Assembly (NCBI RefSeq): GCF_006345805.1 | Contig: NC_043004.1 | Location: forward strand, 70,122,001 to 70,186,000 | DNA length: 64,000 bases | Direction of reading: 5' to 3' | Origin: Octopus sinensis | Taxonomy: Eukaryota | Part shown: positions 11,447 through 22,734 of the stretch, piece after piece | Position numbering within the stretch: position 1 is the first letter of the stretch | Layout: every line of letters begins with the position of its first letter | Made by a program: the position numbers and the translations under genes | The notes under the pieces: generated by a model | Told to the model about the DNA's origin: nothing | The model's database searches: none | Seen by the model: the letters and a program-made list of their open reading frames with translations, nothing else

Positions 11447-12707
11447 CGAGGGACGTTCAATAAGTAATGCTCCTGACCCACTTGCAATTATTTGATCTAG
11501 CTGAAATTTTGCATGTGCAATTATTTATATGTCTATGGATTAAGTGGCAAATTACAGCTCTGGACTGATTGCGGTTTCTGAGTCAAGTATGAAATGGAGC
11601 CTGTTGAGTGATCCGGTTTTTGTATTTGAAAGGACGCACACCACGGGAGACCTTTGATGAAATGAAAGTAACTTATGGTGATGATGCCCCATCATATGAC
11701 CTTGTAAAACGCTGGCATCGTGAATTTAAACATGGTCGGAACTCTGTGGAAACAGCTCCCAGATCTGGTCGCCCCCTTTCTGCCATTGATGAGGCATCTA
11801 TCCGTCAAGTTGAGGCTGCCATTTTGGAAGATCGACGCATAACTATTCGCGAAATAGCCCATGAGGTCAAGATTAGTACCGGGTCTGTGGAAACTATCAT
11901 TCATGACCATTTGGATATGCAAAAGGTGTCTGCAAGATGGATTCCCAGGTTGCTCACACCTTTCCAGAAGCAAGAACGCGTCGAGTGCACGAGATTAATT
12001 TGGAGATGTGCCAAGAAGATGAGTCAAAATTTTTCAAAAGACTGATAACACAGGATGAAACCTGGGTCCATCACTATGATCCAGAGACCAAAGCTCAGTC
12101 AATGCAGTGGAAGCACCGTGACTCACCTCCTCCAAAGAAGGCAAGGGTGCAGCCCTCCGCTGGCAGGGTCATGCTCACAGTCTTCTGGGACCAGGACGGA
12201 GTAGTAATGACAGATTTCCTGGCAAAGGGTACCACAATTACAGGAGCCTATTATGCTTCACTTTTGAGGAAATTAAGAGAAGCTATCAGAATCAAGAGGC
12301 GGGGCAAGATCAGCAAAGGCATCCTCCTCCTGCAGGACAACGCTCCGGTCCATAACTCGCTTGTCGCTAGATCAGAAGCACAGGCGTGCGGCTATGAACT
12401 CATCTCCCATCCCCCTACTCTCCTGACCTTGCACCCTCTGATTTTCACCTCTTCCCAGCCATGAAGTTGTTTTTGAAAGGAAAGCATTTTCCAGATGATG
12501 CAGCCTTGATTTCTGAAGTCACGTCGTGGTTGGAGGACCAAGCTGGGGTCTTCTACAAAAACGGTCTCCAGAGCTGCATCAAACGATGAGAGAAATGCGT
12601 AACTCTGGGTGTTTCCTATGTAGACAAAGACTAATAACTGTGCCAGGTTTCGTTGCTCTACTGCTACGGGAAGTGGGTCAGGGGCATTACTTATTGAACG
12701 CCCCTCG
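11447..12707 (+). mobile_element. Full-length mariner (Tc1/mariner, DD34D) transposon
   Basis: 37-bp TIRs CGAGGGRCGTTCAATAAGTAATGCYCCTGACCCACTT with 2 mismatches, TA duplication, 1261 bp. Confidence 0.95.
11594..12634 (+). pseudogene. Mariner transposase with about three frameshifts and one stop
   Basis: RSGRP, WIPRLLT, ITQDETWVHHYDPETK, LQDNAPVH, YSPDLAPSDF. 34 residues lie between the second and third Asp. Confidence 0.9.
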
Positions 12708-13054
12708 TACATGAAGCCCAGTTACAACTACAGACGGTTATTACCGGTAAAGGTTTTAGCTGCCAATTCTGTACAAGACATTGTAGATATTTAGCTGGGC
12801 TAAAAAGTCACATTCGATCACAGCACCAGTAACAGTTAACTTCGTGCAATGGCCATACTCGATAACGAGGGGGCAGCCATAATTATGTATGTATGTATGT
12901 ATGTATGTATGTATGTGCATGCGTGCGTGCGTGCGTAGGTTGACAACGAGCACAATTTCGAGGTCATTGTTACTACTTATTCTGAAATAAATGCCATACT
13001 TTACCGTTATGCATTGAAGAAGCACTCACTATAACATTTCCCTACATCCTTGGC

Positions 13055-13280
13055 AGCTTTCATAGAGATAATGGACCAGCAATCCCATGTCACCTCAATT
13101 CTCAAAAGTTAAGTCTAAAAATGACCTTCATGAATTGTTCAAAGGCCGCAACTTGTTCATTTACAATCGAATCATATCTAATACAATTAACTTCCTAGAC
13201 ATCACTCTAAATCTCAACAATTCTCAGTAACTCCCACACCCGATACCAGCAATCCCATGTCATTGTTAAACCATTCACGT
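13055..13280 (+). mobile_element. Penelope-like element reverse transcriptase remnant
   Basis: FHRDNGPAI (degenerate LYRDDGLA) followed by KNDLHELFK...TINFLDITLNLNN, typical of PLE RT. Confidence 0.6.
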
Positions 13281-14215
13281 AATATGTCAAAAATAGAAAT
13301 ATTTCTATATGTCCTTCCAAATCTCTTTTAATAAGCTCGATTTCATAGATGTTTCACAGCATTGTTCTTTGTCGCCTCCAAATTCAGATTTATTCATTTT
13401 ATATATACAAAAAGATTTGAGAACATTCTTCGCCAAGGGTGTTCTGCATAATTAAAACGAAAATGATGTAACAGAAAATAATCTAAATGGCGTATGTATA
13501 TACATGTATGCGTGTATATATGTATGAATGCCTGCATGTATATATGTGTGTATGTATGTGTGTGTGTATGCATGCATGTATGTGTGCGTCGATAACGGTG
13601 TAAATACCTTGTATTTTAAAAAGGGGTTCAGCTCTGGTAAACTTAGCCATTTGATAAATAGAGCACGATAAAATGAGTGCACGACTAAGCATGGGATCAA
13701 ACTCTTTGAAGGCATTGCTCCAGCATGGTCGGTCTAGAATGACTGAAAGCAATATAACAACAACTAGAACGACGACGGCAACGACGATGACAATAAAACA
13801 CTTTCATTCTTAAATCTAGGCTACGAGGTTTACCATTTTAAACGACGGAAACTGTACGACAAATGGAATTCAATCTAATTTTTAAAAAAATTTCAGATTT
13901 TAAATGCGTTTTATTTATGAAGTAATTTATTTTTTAATAAATGACACTTTAAATCCTATTCCATCTTTGTAAACTAACATTTTAATATATATTTCATCTC
14001 TAAATGTTCACGATATTGTTGTTGTTTCTTCTTCTTCTTCTTCTTCTTCCTCTCCTCCTTCTAATTCGAGCCTACTCTAAGCTACTAAGAATGCGTGTGG
14101 CAACTTGAAGATCCACCCACCACACGCGATAGACTGGCGGTTGCACAGGCGCGAAAGCTACGTTGTTATCCTCATTCCGTAAACGGTGGCTTTTTAACGG
14201 GTGGAGAGCTGAACC

Positions 14216-14512
14216 ATCCTAGGGTACAGAGGATTCGCAATCTAGACTAGGGTCTGAAAGTTCACCACACCACAGTGGGTTACACCATGGTTCCTCTGCT
14301 TTGTGGCAGAAGTAGGAAGAAAGGGAAGAAAGAGTGAGAGAAAGTTGTGTTGAAAGAGTACAGCGGGGTTCACCCACCCCCGTCCGCCGGAGCCTCGTGG
14401 AGCTTAGGTGTTTTTGCTCAATAAACACTCACAATGCCCGGTCTGGGAATCGAAACCGTGCTCTTACGACCGCAAGTCCGCTGCCTTAACCACTGGGCCA
14501 TTGCGCCGCCAC
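14216..14512 (-). mobile_element. SINE family C (clear tRNA-derived head)
   Basis: Minus strand GGCGCAATGGCCCAGTGGTT...GGTTTCGATTCCCAGACC. Homologous to 21178-21567. Confidence 0.85.
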
Positions 14513-14546
14513 TGCTGTTGCTGTTGTTATCATTAATGTCATTGTC

Positions 14547-15335
14547 AAGGCGGCGAGCTGGCAGAAACGTTAGCCCGCCGGGCGAAATGCTTAGCGGTAT
14601 TTCGTCTGCCGAACTTTGCCTTTCATCCTTTCGGAGTCGATAAATTAAGTACCAGTTACTCACTGGGGTCGATGTAATCGACTTAATCCGTTTGTCTGTC
14701 CTTGTTTGTCCTCTCTGTGTTTAGCCCCTTGTGGGTAGTAAAGAAATGGGTATTTTGTCTGCCGCTACGTTCTGAGTTCAAATTCCGCCGAGGTCGACTT
14801 TGCCTTTCATCCTTTCGGGGTCGATCAAATAAGTACCAGTTACGCACTGGGGTCGATGTAATAGACTTAATCCTTTCCCCCAAATTTGAATTGTTGTTGC
14901 TGCTATCATCATCATCAAGGCGACGAGCTGGCAGAATCGTTAGCAAGCTGGGCAAAATGCTTAGCTACATTTCTTAACATTCTGAGTTCAAATACCACCG
15001 TAGTCGTTTTTGCCTTTCATCCTTTCGGGGTCGATTAAATAAGTACCAGTTACACACTGGGGTCGATGTAATCGACTTAATCCCTTCCCCCTAATTCGAA
15101 GCCTTGTGCTTCCATTAGAAAGAATCGTCGTCGTCGTCGTCGTCGTCGTCAAGGCGACGAGCTGGCAGAATCGTTAGCAGTCCGGGCAAAATGCTTCGCT
15201 ACATTTCCTTACGTTCTGTGTTCAAATTCCGCCGATGTCGACTTTGCCTTTCATTCTTTCGGAGTCGATAAAATGAGCACCAGCTGATCACTGGGATCGA
15301 TGTATACGATTAGCTTTCTCCCTCAAAATTTCAGA
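14547..15335 (+). mobile_element. Cluster of four head-to-tail SINE family B copies
   Basis: AAGGCG(G/A)CGAGCTGGCAGAA heads at ~14547, ~14917 and ~15150, plus a headless copy at ~14748. Confidence 0.85.
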
Positions 15336-15409
15336 AAGGATTATTATTATTATTATTATTGAGTGAGAGAGCAGCGCATGCCATCAAAGTGGCACAGGGG
15401 TACAAATAT

Positions 15410-15845
15410 ACGATAGTTTGAAAAGTTCTGGTCTGGTGACCTCTCTCTTGAAAATCAGCCCCGTGGTTGACCTGAGACCAAGGTGGATTACGATGAGTTG
15501 GAAACTGTAGTGGAAGCGGATACATCGCGTGAGTTAGCAGCAAGGTTGATGTTTCGATTCCAATTGTATTGGACCATCTGAAACAAATCGGCAAGGTAAA
15601 GAAGCTGAACAAGTGGGTACCACATGTACTGAACAAGCATCAAATGACACATCGTCTTGAACCTTGTTCTTTGCTGTCATGGCATAAAAGCGAACCATTA
15701 TTTGCATCGTATTGTTACGTGTAATGAAAAATGGAAATATTTTCAAAAATAGCAAGCGTTCTGTACAGTGGTTGGATAAAGACGAAGTGCCAAAACAATC
15801 CAAAAAAGAATATTCACACACACACACACACACACACACACCACA

Positions 15846-15905
<60 letters not shown>

Positions 15906-16452
15906 CAAAGCTAATGGTGTCTGGTGGTCCAGCTCTAGTGTCATCCACTTATAGCTTCATGAGACCTGATAAGTCAATTACAGCGGATGTATACATTAAC
16001 CAACTGGATGAAATGATAAGTGAACTTGCAATTAAACAACTGAGATTGGCCAATAGAGACAGGCTAATTCTCTTGTAAGACAATGCTCGACCACATGTTG
16101 CACAAAGAATGCTACTCAAGTTACAGGAACTGAACTTGGAAGTACTCCACCATATTCACCAGACCTTGCACCAACTGACTATCGCGTTTTCCAGGCATCA
16201 GACAACTTTTTGCAAGGAGAAAATAAAAACAAACTTCAAATCTGAAGAAGATGCAAAAACTTCCTTTCCTAATTTCGTCACCCTTTGCTCTCCAGAATTC
16301 TTCGCTGCCGGCATAAAGAAGCTACCGATAAAATGACAAAATTGTGTTGATAATTTAGGTGCATACTTTGATTAATTGCATTGCTTTTTGTTGAGATAAA
16401 GTCAAATAAACTTTCAGTTCAAAATCGAACATTTCATTCTAAATGACCTGAT
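15410..16452 (+). mobile_element. Degenerate 5'-truncated mariner with a (CA)n expansion inside the transposase
   Basis: KLNKWVPHVL, KLMVSVWW, DNARPH and PDLAPTDY motifs. (CA)n at ~15815-15907. Confidence 0.85.
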
Positions 16453-16629
16453 ACTTAACAGTATTTCGTCCGTCTTTACGTTCTGAGTTCAAATACCACC
16501 GATGTCGACTTTACCTCTCATCCTTTCGCAGTAGATAAAATAAGTATCAGCCGAGCACTTATAATCGACTTACCCTCTCTCCCGAAATTGTGCTTAAATT
16601 TGAAATCACTATTATTATTTATTTTTAAT

Positions 16630-17015
16630 CTGCATGTATGTTGCAATCATTTGCCAAACTACACCAGTGCCCTGGGGCAAGAGAAAGTTAAGAGATGTTA
16701 CAGTATAACTGAAAGCTTGGGGAAGGGAAGTGGCTAGGGTAGTACCGAAATGCCTCCATACAACACAGACATTTAAATCGATAGGGTTTTTCTAAGGATG
16801 TGGGTAATACTTGTCAGCAAAATCTTCTGGATTTCTTTGAGACGTGGTTCTCCTGGGATGTTGTCTAGATGTTTTTGACATTCCTTTTTTTCATCATACC
16901 AAAGGCACCTACAGTAAGAGGAACAGCTTTTGCTTTGAGATCCCACATCTTTTGTATTTTAATTTTCAGGTCCTTATATCTACTAAGCTTGTAAAATTCC
17001 TTAGTTACATTTTTA
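16630..17015 (-). mobile_element. 3' end of an RLE-type (R4/Dong-like) non-LTR retrotransposon
   Basis: KLSRYKDLKIKIQKMWDLKAKAVPLTVGAFGMMKKG on the minus strand. Confidence 0.7.
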
Positions 17016-17059
17016 GTCAACAAGTATTTTCTTCTCTGTCTTTAATTATTATCATTATT

Positions 17060-17462
17060 TTGGTTTGGCTCAGGTTCAGTCTTATTCCTGGTAAAATTTA
17101 TGTGGGTAGCGTGTTACTACCTATAACCTTAGGTAACCTCAAGTTTTCAGCAGCCTTTCAAGTGCTTAGAATCCTCTTGATAATCCTTGCTGTTCCTAAG
17201 AGACAAACTTTCTGTAGGAGCTCTACCGGGCATTCTATTTCAATTTCATTCCGCCATTTTTCTGTATCTTTGCTTACAGTTCTTAACGCACCAATTATTA
17301 TAGGCACGACCTCAACCGTTCGTATGCTCCAAATTCTTCCTATTTCAAATTTTCAGGGATTATATTTTTTTTTGTTTTTTTCCGCTTACTTTACGATCCT
17401 GGAATCAAATGGGCATGATGGGTCGATAAGTAAGCAACCTCGCTTTTATCTATCTATAATTG
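17060..17462 (-). mobile_element. 3' end of a second, different RLE-type (R4/Dong-like) retrotransposon
   Basis: CLLIDPSCPFDSRI...EIGRIWSIRTVEVVPIIIGAL...LLQKVCLLGTARIIKRILST*, with internal stops. Confidence 0.8.
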
Positions 17463-17989
17463 TTATGCCTTAATATTCACTTAAGACATTGGTCAGCTAT
17501 AACAAACTACAGTTGCCCAAGGTGCCGCGCAGTGGGATTACTTTCGAAACTACATTACTGCCAGGCAGGCTTCCTAACCTCACAGCAATGCCTGCACTTT
17601 ATAAGCTTGTCTAAAAATATCAATCATACATCAACCGATTGCTGACGCAAAATGAGTTACACCAAAATGTGATGCCTCAGATCATCTGTTGCCATAGTCG
17701 GGATTTTAAAGAGTGACCGGAGACTGCTCATCCTCAAAGTCATCTTACAGCGCGCTCGTTCAAGTGGCACTATGGTCATGACTCGAGGTTGTGAAGTAAA
17801 CAGTTTAACTCTTCGTCCATACCAATATAGTCAGCTAAAAAATAGAAAAGAAAATACGGCAAACGTTTACATATTTGTTTTGTGAGATTCTTGATGTGGA
17901 ATTGTGTGTTGCAACAAATATTGTTTTACTTGAGGATGGCCATATTTTGCCAATCAAACACGCATTATACATTTGGGCTTCACTTCAGC

Positions 17990-18052
<63 letters not shown>

Positions 18053-18152
18053 ACCATTATTATTATTATTATTATTATAACCATTATTATTATCATTATT
18101 ATTATAACCATTATTATTATCATTATTATTATAACCATTATTATTATTATTA

Positions 18153-18197
<45 letters not shown>

Positions 18198-18291
18198 ACC
18201 ATTATTATTATTATTATTATTATAACCATTATTATTATCATTATTATTATAACCATTATTATTATCATTATTATTATAACCATTATTATTA

Positions 18292-18339
<48 letters not shown>

Positions 18340-18355
18340 ATAACCATTATTATTA

Positions 18356-18388
<33 letters not shown>

Positions 18389-18390
18389 TT
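17990..18390. repeat. (TAT)n microsatellite with higher-order ATAACC-interrupted duplication
   Basis: Read directly. Confidence 0.95.
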
Positions 18391-18483
18391 TAATTTCTGT
18401 CAAAGCTCTGTCCCCCCCGCTGTTGTTATGTTTATTCCAGTTTGTCATGGAAAAAGCAGAACAAGGCACTAATGAGATAGAGA

Positions 18484-18526
18484 GTCACTGATGAGGTCAC
18501 CGGATGCGTGACGAAAGAGCATTGAC
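18484..18526 (+). ncRNA. Degenerate hammerhead-ribozyme-like motif
   Basis: GTCA-CTGATGA-G-GTCAC(loop)GTGAC-GAAA-GAGCAT-TGAC. Core, stem II and a 4-bp stem I are present, but the UH cleavage site is non-canonical. Confidence 0.4.
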
Positions 18527-18967
18527 ATAGAAACTAAAAGAATAATAATAAAGCTGAAGTGAAGATCAGTTATATAGCGCGTGTTTAATTGGCAAAAGCA
18601 ATATGACCATACCCATATATAACAAAATACGTCAAACTGTCAGCGAGACAAGCAAAGGAGAAATCAAAGTGGCAAACATGGAACGTAGAACTTCTATAGT
18701 AATCTTTATCTTTTGTTTTTTACTTGTTTCAGTCATTGGACAGCGGCCATGCTGGGGCATCGCTATGAAGGGTTTAGTCGAAAAAACTGGCCCCAGTACT
18801 TACATTAAAAAAAATATGAATACTTATTCAGTTAGTCTCTTAATCAGAGCTGCTAACTTACAGGAACATAATCAAACCAACACTGGTTGTCAAGCGGACA
18901 AACGCATACACACACACACACACACCACACACACACACACACACACATCACAGTGGGTGTGTGTATA

Positions 18968-19690
18968 TACACATGGTCTGATCAATAAGAATCCGGACTG
19001 TTGTCATAGTAACGAAGCTAAAGCACAGGTTGACCTTGAACTCTGTTATGCATGTGCATTAAGTTTTAACGTTCTAGCTCATTTCCGCTGTTTACAGCGG
19101 TGCTTGGCAGGAACGTGTGTAGCGTGTGACCGTCGCATTGACCATGACAGAAAGTAGGGCAGAGATTTTGCATCAAATTTTGTCAAGAGCTTGGTGATAC
19201 CTGGTAAGAGGCCTACGCAAAGTTTTCAAAAAGATTTCATCGTTCTCGACACAATCAAAGAGATCTTGTGCAACTGAAACCCGGGTTTTTTTGGTCAGCT
19301 GAAAGCAGTTTTGGCACAAAATTGGAAGACACGCGTCTCATACCTAAATCTTCAGTGATGATGGACTGAACTGAACCGTAACTAATCTGTACATCGTCTG
19401 ATAACTCACGGATAGTAATTCGACGATTTCCACTCACTGTTGCACGCACATCTGAGATGTTTTTCTTTGTTCTGCTGGTTGCGGGTCTCTCAGAACGTTC
19501 GTCACTATCGACATTTTTTCGGCCATCTTTGAAACGTCTGAACCATTCGTACACTTGTGTGCGGCTCATACACTCCTCTCCATACACTTTCTGCAACTTT
19601 GCGTGGGCCTCTGAGCAAATATCGCCATGACAACTTTCTCTGTCATGGTCAATACGACAATCACATGCTACACACCTTCCTTCCAAGTAC
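18968..19690. mobile_element. Two convergent 5' fragments of related mariner elements
   Basis: Plus strand: TIR-like CACATGGTCTGATCAATAAGAATCCGGAC and QRFCIKFCQELG. Minus strand: KLQKVYGEECMSRTQVYEWFRRFKDGR...RITIRELS...FVPKLL. Confidence 0.75.
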
Positions 19691-19741
19691 TGCTATATGT
19701 GTGTGTGTGTGTCTATGTATGTATGTATGTATGTATGTATG

Positions 19742-19770
<29 letters not shown>

Positions 19771-19774
<4 letters not shown>

Positions 19775-20098
19775 GTATGTCATTGTTCAATTTTATTTCA
19801 AGATTTCTTGCCAATAGAGAAAGAGCTGGTTTCTAACCTAGACTCAAGGCTCCTTCAGTGGAATTTCAACGTCAACAACAGGGTATTGTTTGTATGTATG
19901 CATGTATGTATATATGTATGTATGTATGTATGTATGTAGTATGTATGTATGTATGTATGTAAATGTATGTCATTGTTCAATTTTATTTCAAGATTTCTTG
20001 CCAATAGAGAAAGAGCTGGTTTCTAACCTAGACTCAAGGCTCCTTCAGTGGAATTTCAACGTCAACAACAGGGTATTGTTTGTATGTATGCATGTATG

Positions 20099-20110
<12 letters not shown>
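19771..20110. repeat. Exact tandem duplication (190-bp period) bounded by (TATG)n
   Basis: AAATGTATGTCATTGTTC...GGGTATTGTTTG is identical at 19771 and 19961. Confidence 0.9.
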
Positions 20111-20132
<22 letters not shown>

Positions 20133-20596
20133 TGTATGTATGTATGTTTTTCATAAGGATGTATCATGCGCGGGGACATAGAAATAATAGGACTGAATAT
20201 CCGATCGCGCGGTTTAACCATTGGGAGTGAAGGACTCCTATCCTTTGTTAGGGCATCCTTCTAGGAGAAGGTAACTCGGGTAACTGGGATAACTCCGACA
20301 TAAAACCTGCGGCTCAGTGATTACCGATGATGTTGACTTGTTCCACATGTATGTATATATGTATGTATATGTATGTATATATGTATGTATATGTATGTAT
20401 ATATGTATGTATATGTATGTACGATGTGCTTTGATGCAGTTTCTATCAACCAAAGTTACTTACAAGGCATTGATTGGCTTGGGCTAGAATAGAAGACGCT
20501 TGTCCAAAGTGTCACACAGAGGGACTGAACCCAAAACCACGTTGTCACAAAGCGAGCTTCTTAACCACAGTCATACCTTCACCTATATATCTTTTA

Positions 20597-21030
20597 TCTT
20601 TTATTTGTTTCAGTCATTAGTTTGTGGCCATGCTGGAGCACTTCCTCGAAGAATTTTAGTCGAATGAATCAACCTCAGTACTTCTTTTAATCCTGCTACT
20701 TATTCTATCGAACGCGCTTGGCGAACCACTAAGTTACGGGGACATAAACTCGCCAACATCGGTTGTCAAGTGGTGGTGGGTGACAAACTCAGACACAAGG
20801 CACACATACACAGGGACGTACACAAACCCATATCGTTGTCAAGTGGGGAACAAACATTGACACACACACACAACGGGCTTCTTTCAGTTTCCGTCTATCA
20901 AATCCACTCAAAAGACCTTAGTCGGCTCGAGGCTATAGTAGAAGACACCTGACCAAAGTGCCACGCAGTGGGACTGAACCCGGAACCGTGTGGCTGGAAA
21001 GCAAGCTTCTTACCACACGGCCTCACCTAC
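20597..21030 (-). mobile_element. SINE family A, near full length
   Basis: Homologous to 5929-6322. Confidence 0.8.
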
Positions 21031-21177
21031 CACCCATATATGGCAAACGTATAAATGACACGTTAAACAGATTTTAGAATCTGTTGTCCAAAGTGTCACA
21101 CAGAGGGACTGAACCCAATCACCGAAAGTGATTGAAAGAAAAGGATTAAAAATGCGAGGGGAGAAAGGAAGGAAGAT

Positions 21178-21567
21178 ATGGATGGAAGCACTCCGTCGGT
21201 TACGACGATGAGGGTTCCGGTTGATCCGAATCAACGGAACATCCTGCTCGTGAAATTAACGTGTAAGTGGCTGAGCACTCCACAGACATGTGCACCCTTA
21301 ACGTAGTTCTCGGGGATATTCAGCGTGACAGAGAGAGTGACAAGGCCGGCCCTTTGAAATACAGGTACAACAGAAACAGGAAGTGAGAATGAGAGAAAGT
21401 TGTGGTGAAAGAGTACAGCAGGGATCACCACCATCCCCTGCCGGAGCCTCGTGGAGCTTTAGGTGTTTTCGCTCAATAAACACTCACAACGCCCGGTCTG
21501 GGAATCGAAACCGCGATCCTACGACCGCGAGTCCGCTGCCCTAACCACTGGGCCATTGCGCCTCCAC
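21178..21567 (-). mobile_element. SINE family C, full length
   Basis: tRNA-like head with A box TGGCCCAGTGG and B box GGTTTCGATTCCC. Flanked by a 53-bp direct repeat. Confidence 0.9.
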
Positions 21568-21818
21568 TTTAAAATGAACACTGAAAGTGATTGAAAGATA
21601 AGGATTAAAAATGCGAGGGGAGAAAGGAAGGAAGAAATAACGACAGAAATGAATGAGAGATGATGAGAGAAATATAAATGATAAATAAATACTGATAGAT
21701 GAAAGGATATAAAATGAGAGAAAAGAAAAAAATAGATGTCTGAAAAAGATGTCAGCGAAAGGATATAAATAGACAATGTTGGAGTTAAAGAAACAGGTGA
21801 AATGTCATTAGTGGAAGA

Positions 21819-21819
<1 letters not shown>

Positions 21820-21877
<58 letters not shown>

Positions 21878-22027
21878 AGAAGAAGGAAATGGACGAGGGA
21901 GATGAATATATAAGATATGAAAGAAAAAAAAAGCGAAAGAAATATTTAGCAGGCAAGAGAATGAGAAAGAAAAAGTAAGAAGAAGAAAGGAGAGATAGAG
22001 CTGGAGATAAATAAATAGACAAATAGC

Positions 22028-22121
<94 letters not shown>

Positions 22122-22456
22122 AGAAAGGATAATAAAATGTGAAAAATGAAAAAGGGAGGATAGGGAAAGATAAGGGAAAAAAATATGAGAGATAAAGAAA
22201 ACGAAAGAAAAACAAAAACCGAAAGAAAAAAGGAAAGAGAATAAACATAGAAATATAAAGGTAGGTTGGTAGATGGATAGAGAGAAGAGCGAAGCACTGA
22301 AAGAAAACGAGGGAAGGAAAATGGGAGAAAGGTGTTGGAAGGAACGGATATAAAACAAGATGGAAGCCAGTAGCTAAAATGGTTGCATATAAAATTGAAT
22401 AAAAGCTAATACAATAAAAGATATTGCATTCAAAACAGTGTAATTAGCAAAGCAAG

Positions 22457-22516
<60 letters not shown>

Positions 22517-22581
22517 AGAGAGAGAGAGAGGAGAGAGAGAGAGGGAAGAGAGAGAGAGAGAGAGGAGAGAGGGAGAGGGAG

Positions 22582-22635
<54 letters not shown>
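21820..22635. repeat. (GA)n / (TAGA)n purine-rich tracts
   Basis: Read directly. Confidence 0.9.
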
Positions 22636-22636
<1 letters not shown>

Positions 22637-22734
22637 ATGATGAGTGGTTCTTTCATTCTACATTTCAGCCATCATAACTTGCGCAATCCCTTTTAGATTT
22701 ATCTTGTACAGCCTCCATCGCATTCAATTCCTTA

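Larger units (their letters stand above)
11295..12832 (+). mobile_element. 3' end of an RTE LINE encoding C2H2 zinc fingers, split by a mariner insertion
   Basis: Removing 11447-12709 restores one frame: LKSHLRSH...CRACGRECNSAG*LKRHAKVH...CQFCTRHCRYLAGLKSHIRSQHQ*. Same architecture as the 27099-27704 ORF. Confidence 0.7.

Noticed and set aside
16844-17473. 209-aa plus-strand hydrophobic ORF
   Set aside because: Antisense shadow of two RLE retrotransposon ends.
21495-21567. Possible tRNA gene (also at other SINE heads)
   Set aside because: A/B boxes are present, but there is no proper acceptor stem and the sequence continues into a multicopy SINE body.
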